Shown: piece after piece, positions 23,849 to 64,000 of the stretch | How the letters are laid out: every line of letters begins with the position of its first letter | Position numbering within the stretch: the first letter of the stretch is position 1 | Source: the human T2T-CHM13v2.0 reference genome, Homo sapiens | Assembly: GCF_009914755.1 (NCBI RefSeq) | Contig: NC_060925.1 | Strand: one strand, 5' to 3' | Length of the DNA stretch: 64,000 nt | Notes under the pieces: generated by a model | The model's database searches: none | Told to the model about the DNA's origin: nothing | What the model saw: only the letters and a program-made list of their open reading frames with translations | Translations under genes and position numbers: made by a program

Positions 23849-24231
23849 CTAATCACACATTCTGCTTGAGATTTCAAGAATTTAGAATGCTGGCTTAGAT
23901 ATGGAAACTCCTATTTGTGTACGGCTTTGTGAACAAGAAATTAACCCAGAAGCTTTATCATCAGTTATTAAGGAGCTTCGCAAGGCTACTGAAGCACTAA
24001 AGGCTGCTGAAAATATGACAAGCTGATTTTCTGGGGAAATTCTGATGAGATATGTCAAGCTCTGCAAGAGGATTTAAAGATTGCACTGTAGTCGAGAATG
24101 TACAATGATACTGAATGCAGCAGTGTAGAAAAATTTTCCTTTTTAAAAGAATTATAAAACCATAGCATTATAAATCAGTGGAAAGTGGCTTACAGACAGA
24201 ACTATCAGATGTGTTTACATCACATCTTATT

Positions 24232-24527
<296 letters not shown>

Positions 24528-25404
24528 TTATTCACTTTTTTTAACGGCTCTAATGCTTCCACATCGCCATGTTCATATTTATGTATTCTTTATTTATAGC
24601 TTTGATAGCTTTAATTTTCTAAGCAGTCTATCAGATGTGCACATCTGCTGTGCCTGTAGTGGAACCCATCAGTAGTAATGTGTAGTAGTTGTGACTTGTT
24701 GACATTTCCACTATAAATTTTAACTTTGAATTGTTTATGCATTATAACTGTGGATTTATATTGTATTGGGCTGAAAGCTGACACTATTTCAGCCACCATT
24801 GGTGAATTCTGATTTAGATTCATTATGTATGTCGGAATCTTGTTTTTTAAAATAAGAGCATGGAAAACATTTCTTGCAATCTGATCTTTAACAAAGAATA
24901 CTTAGTTTTTTAAACAGTTTGTTGGGCAGCTAATAATGTGAACCAGGTCATTTTTGTATTGAGTAAAAATTTAAACTTCTAGAAACTTAGATTTTAAAAG
25001 TAATGACAATGCTTAGGTTAGTATTATTTGCAATTCGAATCATTTACAGCTAATGAGAATGTTTTCTTAAAGTTTTATACCCTATAAATGGAGGCCTAAA
25101 AAAATGTGTAAAATGAAACATAGCAAACATGCCAAACTCCTGTTTACTTTTCTTACATAAAAGTAATTTGAGTCCTTGACTAATAAATCTTGAATGGTTA
25201 TTTAATAAGTTATTAGGTAAGTAATGTGTTTCAAAAAAAAACTAAACTTTGAATGTATTAATTTAAAACTATGCAAAAGCAAAGCTGGCAATCAAACCTT
25301 CTATAAGTGCAGGCTGTAGCTAGGCACACACCTATCATTTCAGGATATGACTCATTTTTTAGGGTTATGGTAGATTTCAGTCATTAGAAATTATTTGATT
25401 TTTA

Positions 25405-25834
<430 letters not shown>

Positions 25835-25958
25835 TCACAAGTAACGGGGATTTCAGCAGGTTGGTTGCAGAGCCCAGACGCCAACCACAGGTCCCAGGGT
25901 GGCCCTGATATCAGTCAACCCAGTACACGAACAGTTCCTTTCCGGTTTATTCACTCAT

Positions 25959-26062
25959 ATGGATGGTTCCCCACTTACAGTGGCTCAACTTAGGATTTTT
26001 AGACTTTACAAAGATGGGTTTATCAGAAGATAAACCTGATTGTAAGTAAAGAAGACTTTGTA
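25959..26062. mobile_element. MER47/Tigger5-type DNA transposon fragment
   Basis: gatggttccccacttacagtggctcaacttaggattttt...gatgggtttatc...ttgtaagt...tgta. Confidence 0.55.
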
Positions 26063-26082
26063 ACTAGAAATCCACGGTTTCC

Positions 26083-27298
<1,216 letters not shown>

Positions 27299-27782
27299 AA
27301 GAAACCCACTGTTTCAAACAAGAGTGTGATGTGTGCCTCTTATCATGACACGTAGGTTGGTCATGTCTGCCCTTAAAAAACAACAGCTAAATATTGCAAG
27401 AGACTGTTGGCGTCTCACCTATAAATCCTAGATGATGTTACAGGTTTCATTTGCAGATTCAACTTTTAAACCTTGGTCTATCATAAGAACCTGCAATTAA
27501 GGAACACTGCCAGCAGGTGGTGACAGGTGCCCTTGCATGCTCCAAGTTCTCAGGCTTTGATTTTAAAATCCTGCTAGTTAATTTCCAAAGGCGAGCTAGT
27601 AGGCCCTTGTTAAAGATGACATGGGTAGAAAAGTATCTTAAACTCTAAGTTTAAAATCTCCAGCTGATTCTTTTTTTCCTCAAAAAAGCATTTGGAACAG
27701 GTAAAATATTCACAGTTTTAAAATCAAAATATAAAAAGGCATTATCTCTGGGTCTCTAAGTATTGTCCCTAGTCATAAATTC

Positions 27783-30476
<2,694 letters not shown>

Positions 30477-30504
30477 TCTAATTTTTCCTCCAAATTCCAA
30501 ACAA

Positions 30505-32172
<1,668 letters not shown>

Positions 32173-32448
32173 AACCAAACATGCTTTATATCAAGTAATT
32201 TTACCTTCTCGTATTGTGTAAAATTGATAAGATACCAAAGTAGACAACAGAGAGTAAGAAGCCCCATGTGCTCCTCACTAACCACTATAATGATCCACGC
32301 AGAATGAATCTTGTTTGACTTCACTCCCACTCCCAACACCGATACCACTTATTTTGAAGCAAATGCCAGACATCATATAACTTCCCCTCTCAATACCGCA
32401 TCATACATCTCTAAAAGATAACAACTCTTTTTAAAACTAACCATATCA

Positions 32449-38251
<5,803 letters not shown>

Positions 38252-38457
38252 AAATATTAACATTTTTAGAGCAACAGAAAACAAAACCGCTCAATCTTAT
38301 TCTGCCACTGAGTCACTGAAGAAGCATGTTTATTTTTATTAAAAAGGGCAGAACCAATAGAAGCATAAGAGAACTACAGTACAAGATTGGGGAAGACATG
38401 AAGGAAAAAGAAAAAAATGTACTTTCCTTAAGTTATTTTAAGGAAATAAAGGACACT

Positions 38458-40440
<1,983 letters not shown>

Positions 40441-40559
40441 AGGCTGGCTGGTGGAGATTTTGGAAACAAAGTGACATGAAAAACAGCTGAAGGAACAGAG
40501 GAGGCTTGGCTAGGAAATGAAAGAAGCTGATACGGAGAGAGAGAGGGGAGGACAAGGTA

Positions 40560-41515
<956 letters not shown>

Positions 41516-41517
41516 CT

Positions 41518-44985
<3,468 letters not shown>

Positions 44986-45606
44986 TTGCAGTGACAACAT
45001 TTAGGCAGAACTGAGACCCAGGACTTTCTGACAAGGAATGCTTCCCTCCAAAATAGAAAGATGCTCTCTGATTAGAAGAATTCCAGCAGGGCCTGGTTAA
45101 ATTATATCAGGCCACACTGTGAAGAGGATCCTACGTCAAAAGCTGCCCCAGCCAGACCATTTCTAAAGCTCTTGTCAACTCTGCAACTGTGATTTCAGCA
45201 GAGTGTGCAAATTTCTGAGATGTTCACATTAAAAAGTGCTACAAATTTTCAAATAATGTGACTTTGTTAACAGGATGTACTATCCATCCAGATTTTTTAA
45301 ACTCCACTCTAATTTTATAATCTACTTTCCTGACTCAACTGTACATGAGAGAGGTACAGACTCACCCAAATGTATGCTTTCTGAATATTTTCTATTATAG
45401 GGAAACAGGGTTAAAGACACCCCAGACCAGATCCCACTGTTCATTCTACTTTCCCTATTCTGAACTACGAAAATATCACACTGACGACAATGGCAACTTC
45501 ACTTGTTTCCTCTTTGGTAAAATGGGCTGCCTGGGCTAAATGATTTCTCAAGCTCCTTCCATTTCTAGAATTCTAGCCATATAATTAAGGAGCTGATTTT
45601 CTTAGA

Positions 45607-49700
<4,094 letters not shown>

Positions 49701-49809
49701 CTAATGATGTCAAAGAGGCAGTCTTTTAAGTCTTTTTACCTTACTTTCATTCTATTTTGGACTAACTGTGTTTTCTTGTTCTACAGTAAGGGCGTGGGGG
49801 GGGGTCTGG

Positions 49810-50045
49810 AGCAGCATTGCCTAAAGTGTGTTCCCCGGGACACTGGTGCCACAGGTGCGGCAGAAAGAGTCCCAGGTCAAGTGAGTTGGTTTTACCCCCG
49901 GCTCAGCAATTCCTCCAAGTGCACTCAAGCCTGTGAGAAGCCCTGCAGTAACGAAACCTGTTTAACGTTAACAGCGCTTCCCAAGCTTACATGACCGAGA
50001 CCTCATTGACCTAACAGCACCTGTCCACGTCACACACCTAGGGAG
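49810..50045. mobile_element. Old hAT-Charlie-type element
   Basis: cagcattgcctaaagtgtgttccccgggacact...ctgcagtaacgaaacctgtttaac...cttcccaagcttacatgacc; exact family not determined. Confidence 0.4.
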
Positions 50046-50856
50046 ACCCATCTCTCATCCTAGATGAGTTTCAAGGGGAAGCCTGCAGTTGGTCACTACA
50101 TCCTTACCATTAGAAGTCACTACACGGACTACGTCACCATTATTTACAAACGACAACTTCTAGCAAAGATAATATTAAATGATACATGATACATCCCACT
50201 GGAATAGCTGGGAGTTACATCAAATACATTTTTTACACTGACTTTAGTAAAATGCCTCTATACAAGGGAGTAAATTTACTTCATATAGATTTAGGAACTT
50301 GGTAAATTCAAGTAACAATTTTAAATAGCAATATTTCAGTTAAATTCTTTGATGAAAAACACTAAGCGCGTCTGGCCCTAAGTCATTCCTCCACACAGCG
50401 TACAGCAGTCAGCATCCCCTGAAAGGCGTGGCCACCGTGAAGAGGCAGGGCCTGCAGAGGCGGCTGCTTGCAGAGGGCCCACCGCCCCCGGTTGTGGCTC
50501 TCCTGCCTCTCCTCCACCTCAAAACCTTTCTGCCCTTGGAGGCCGTGCCTCTGCCTGGGCATGGGGGCCCCTCCTCCCTGGGCTTCCTGACGTGCTTCTG
50601 CAGATCCCAGTGGCAGGCTACTCTCTCCCTCCTTTTCTTCTCACTGGCTCGGTCACCTAGGACCCCAGGAACTAGGCTTCTGCCTCCTTCACAACCCTTC
50701 TCTGGTACCTCGGCCTCCTAGCCCCTTCATCCCAGGTGGGGGTCAAGGGGCCACTGATTGTGGCTGCTGCCCCCACAGAATCCTGCGGCGCTGCCACTCC
50801 AATGCCTCCCACCACTCCACCTTAACCAGCGCCTCACCGCTGGTTTACAGAATGAC

Positions 50857-51089
50857 AGCAGTCCCTCTGTATCCACCAGGGTAGTGGTTCCAGGACGCCA
50901 GTCTACACCTGAATCCACACATACTCAAGTTGTTGGTCCTGCAGGACCCAAGTATTCAAAGAGTCAGTGCTTCCCATATGCGGGTGTCACAGCCCACAAA
51001 TACTGTATTTTCCATTCACGTTTGGTTGAAAAAATCCACTTATAAGTGGACACATGCAGTTCAAAGCCATGTTGTTCAAGGCTCAACAG
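50857..51089 (-). mobile_element. MER8 (Tigger-derived MITE)
   Basis: cagtccctctgtatcc...gttccaggac...aatactgtattttc...ttggttgaaaaaatccacttataagtggac...cagttcaaagccatgttgttcaagg. Confidence 0.8.
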
Positions 51090-52221
51090 CACTGTACTGC
51101 AACGTGGGTGAGCGTGAACGCATGTGCATGCATGCGCTGGAATTTACTGCCAATCTACCCAATTTCCACTTGTTATAGGTTAAATATGTTTCTGACAGTC
51201 ACTTTTGGAGCTTTATAAGCATTGTTTATAACAAATTTCCACGGGGAAGATACAATTTGGGTTCCAACTTGAACTCCAAACCGATCAATATGAGTTACCT
51301 TTCCAAATCAGAAATGGCTTAGGTACCAGGAAACAATGTATCAAGACAAAGCTAGGTTGAGGCAGTTTGCCAGTAATTACTAGACGATCCCATGAGCGGA
51401 GGTAGTCAGGAATTTCAGCAAGGGGCCAGTTCGGTTTACCCAGGCCTGGGGACAGACTGAGTGGAGAAATAACACGTGCCCGAGCTCTCAGGAAAAAGGC
51501 CTCAATCTGACCAGAACTAGCACGGACTCACATTGGTTGGCCACTGCTGTGGGCTGCTCAGATGCCAGGGTTCCATCACTGCTCTCTGCACCAGCTTGCC
51601 CCAGCTTACCTGTCTGTACTTGGGTTTCCAAACGATAAGAGTACAGCCGGGACTGCTCTAGCCTGAGCCAAGGCTGCTGTCCCAAATCCTCATCTGGTCT
51701 CCTGCATTCTAGATATAACAGAAACTTCAGGAAACCCTTTTCCCCTTCTCCTTCAGGCCTAAGCAACAACCAGATTTGGCCCAAGGGGCCCATGTTTGTT
51801 CTCCCTTTGTCCCTGGCTTCACTGTCCACCAGAGTGAAAACCTCATACGCAGAAAACACCCACAACCCAAGCTGAGGGGAAACAATGGCCCTCCAGGCTC
51901 TGCCCTTATTCTCTGCCAAGACTTACACCTCTGGCCTTATGCTGTCACTGTCCGCTGGCCACAGATGCCTCCCAGAGCCCTCCCTGAGAAGACACAGGAT
52001 GTGAGTGACAGCCCATCAGACACACACCCCCCAGCCTCCAGGAGTCACTCTGAAGCGCCCGCCCAAATGCGGATCTGCCTTACTCGCCTGATGGTCTGTC
52101 CTCTTCCTGGGTCAGCACCCAATCCTGAATAATTCACTCCTTCAATCTCTGCAGTCAGGCTCCTGTGCACACCACTCTGCACCGTGCATTCCTGAAGATA
52201 ACATGAACGGCCTCTTAATCA

Positions 52222-53747
<1,526 letters not shown>

Positions 53748-54778
53748 CTAAACTGTTGACCACATCTACCTAGAATGCCTCATTCCACATACCTCCGGAT
53801 CCTCTCTCCTCTCTGTTCTCTGATCAATTCTCTTGCTCCTGGGACCCTCACAACAATGTATGATATACTTTATATGCAACAAGAAAAATGCAATCAACAC
53901 AATCTGTTCAGACCCACTGCCATATGCATTACTTTAAGTAGCAGTTAAAAAGCCCAAACCTTCTAAGAACACTCAGAAAAAGTCTAGAAAAAGACAAAGT
54001 TAATAAACTTTACCAAATGAATCTGCAAATATATATTAACCACTGGTATTAATGGCCTAAAACATTATTTCATTCAAACAAACAGTAATGTCGTAGTTGT
54101 TATTAAAGTCAGCAGAAGGGAGGGGAAAGGCTATGTTATGAAGCTATCCCAGTGGTACTTACTCCAATTTAGAAGAAGTTTTAACATGTCAGATTTCATA
54201 TAAAAAAGCATTTAAGCCAGTATTTATTTTCTATTCAAGGCTCTGAATGTTTAGAAGACATGTATTCGCTGCTTCCTAGGTAAACAAGAGGCGGCTCTCG
54301 TACACTTGGGCATGGACTTTTTAAACCCTTGCCAAATGAAAATGTTTTCTACAGGAATCATGAGCTGGTATCAATGGATATTTACAGACAGCTCAGAAGC
54401 AAGCTCTGACCTTGCCAACTTAGGGCTTTATAATCAGTCAGGATTATCAAGGTCCCCTTCCAACTAGTCACAAGGCACTAGTAACTGAGGGGCTCAAAAA
54501 CTCAAAACGACTGTACCCCACCTGTTACTCCCCACCCCCACTGTTCCTTTAATAATTTTAGCCCAGAGTGAGAGGGCCTAAGGAGAAAATGAAATTCAAG
54601 TCAGTGTGTTTTACTATTTACTTAGTACTCTGACAAATGCTTGAAATGCATGGCAAAAAAAAAAAAAAAAAGAGTAGGGATTATCCAAGAATTTTAATGA
54701 TTTGTTATCCTTTTTACTAATTCTGTAAGTAATAAGAAACTAGCATCAATTAGTCAAATCATTTTAAAAGTAAACATA

Positions 54779-59475
<4,697 letters not shown>

Positions 59476-59499
59476 GGAGTGGATGCAGAAAAAGGTGGG

Positions 59500-63479
<3,980 letters not shown>

Positions 63480-63569
63480 CTATGTAATTTTTTTCAGTAT
63501 ATAGCATTTATCTGTAAAGTGAAAATTAGGATGCAAAGCTACTACGCTGTCTAAACTGAAATGCTGTTA

Positions 63570-63845
63570 TCCATCCACCCATTCATTCATTCAATCACAC
63601 AATACTGGCATGCCTCTGGTGTGCTGGTGACGGGAAACATATGCAAAGCAGATACCCTTCCATCTTGGGGCATATGTTCTACTGAGGGGAAACAGACGAT
63701 AAACAATTCAATAAGTAAACAACAAGGCATGTTAGAATGGGCTAAGTGCTATGCAAAAAGAAAAAGTGTTGCAGGGAAACAGGATTTAGGGGTTCAGGAA
63801 GAGAAATTATTTCAAATAGGATGGTGAGCGGAGGTCTCACTAAGC
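63570..63845 (-). mobile_element. L2 3' end
   Basis: cattcattcattcaa...gttctactgaggggaaacagacgataaacaa...taagtgctatg...tttcaaataggatggt. Confidence 0.65.
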
Positions 63846-64000
63846 CTATGTGCAAATGGAAAAGTAACAGTGAATTTTATGTATTAAGTGGCTTCGAAAT
63901 GCATTACATGGTTGCATTTTTTAAATATTCATATAAGCTTTCTATTTTCTCTGCTTCACTGTTCTATTTCCCGATCTCCATGAAGAAGGCAGGTAGCTGA

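Noticed and set aside
23635-24026. Functional MZT1 retrogene
   Set aside because: Frameshifting deletion near the start, a 172-nt insert with a stop, and a TAG at 23883.

Overview
Primate (human-like) genomic DNA, very rich in Alu repeats (roughly 85-90 copies or fragments by eye). The whole window lies inside the minus-strand gene CLSTN1 (calsyntenin-1). Its only real coding sequence is the 123-nt CLSTN1 exon 2 (16052-16174, minus; VNKHKPWLEPTYHGIVTENDNTVLLDPPLIALDKDAPLRFA); intron 1 lies to the right and intron 2 to the left. Nearly all ORFs in the supplied track are artefacts of Alus, VNTRs or low-complexity sequence. Other content: a processed MZT1 pseudogene, a complete MER41B solo LTR, an MST LTR, old L1/L2/CR1/MIR fragments, several DNA-transposon relics, two VNTRs and several STRs. 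Main observations: (1) the MZT1 retrocopy has a 172-nt transposon-derived, stop-containing segment exactly at an exon junction, a probable fossil poison exon; (2) the MER41B LTR keeps two perfect GAS (STAT1) motifs 21 bp apart and lies in sense orientation 1.3 kb upstream of exon 2; (3) a candidate TDP-43-repressed cryptic poison exon sits next to a (UG)26 tract; (4) a four-level nested Alu structure and repeated same-site Alu insertions; (5) a GC-box/G-quadruplex minisatellite fused to a purine tract. I see no novel protein-coding system. Repeat family names are from recall of consensus sequences and repeat boundaries are approximate.
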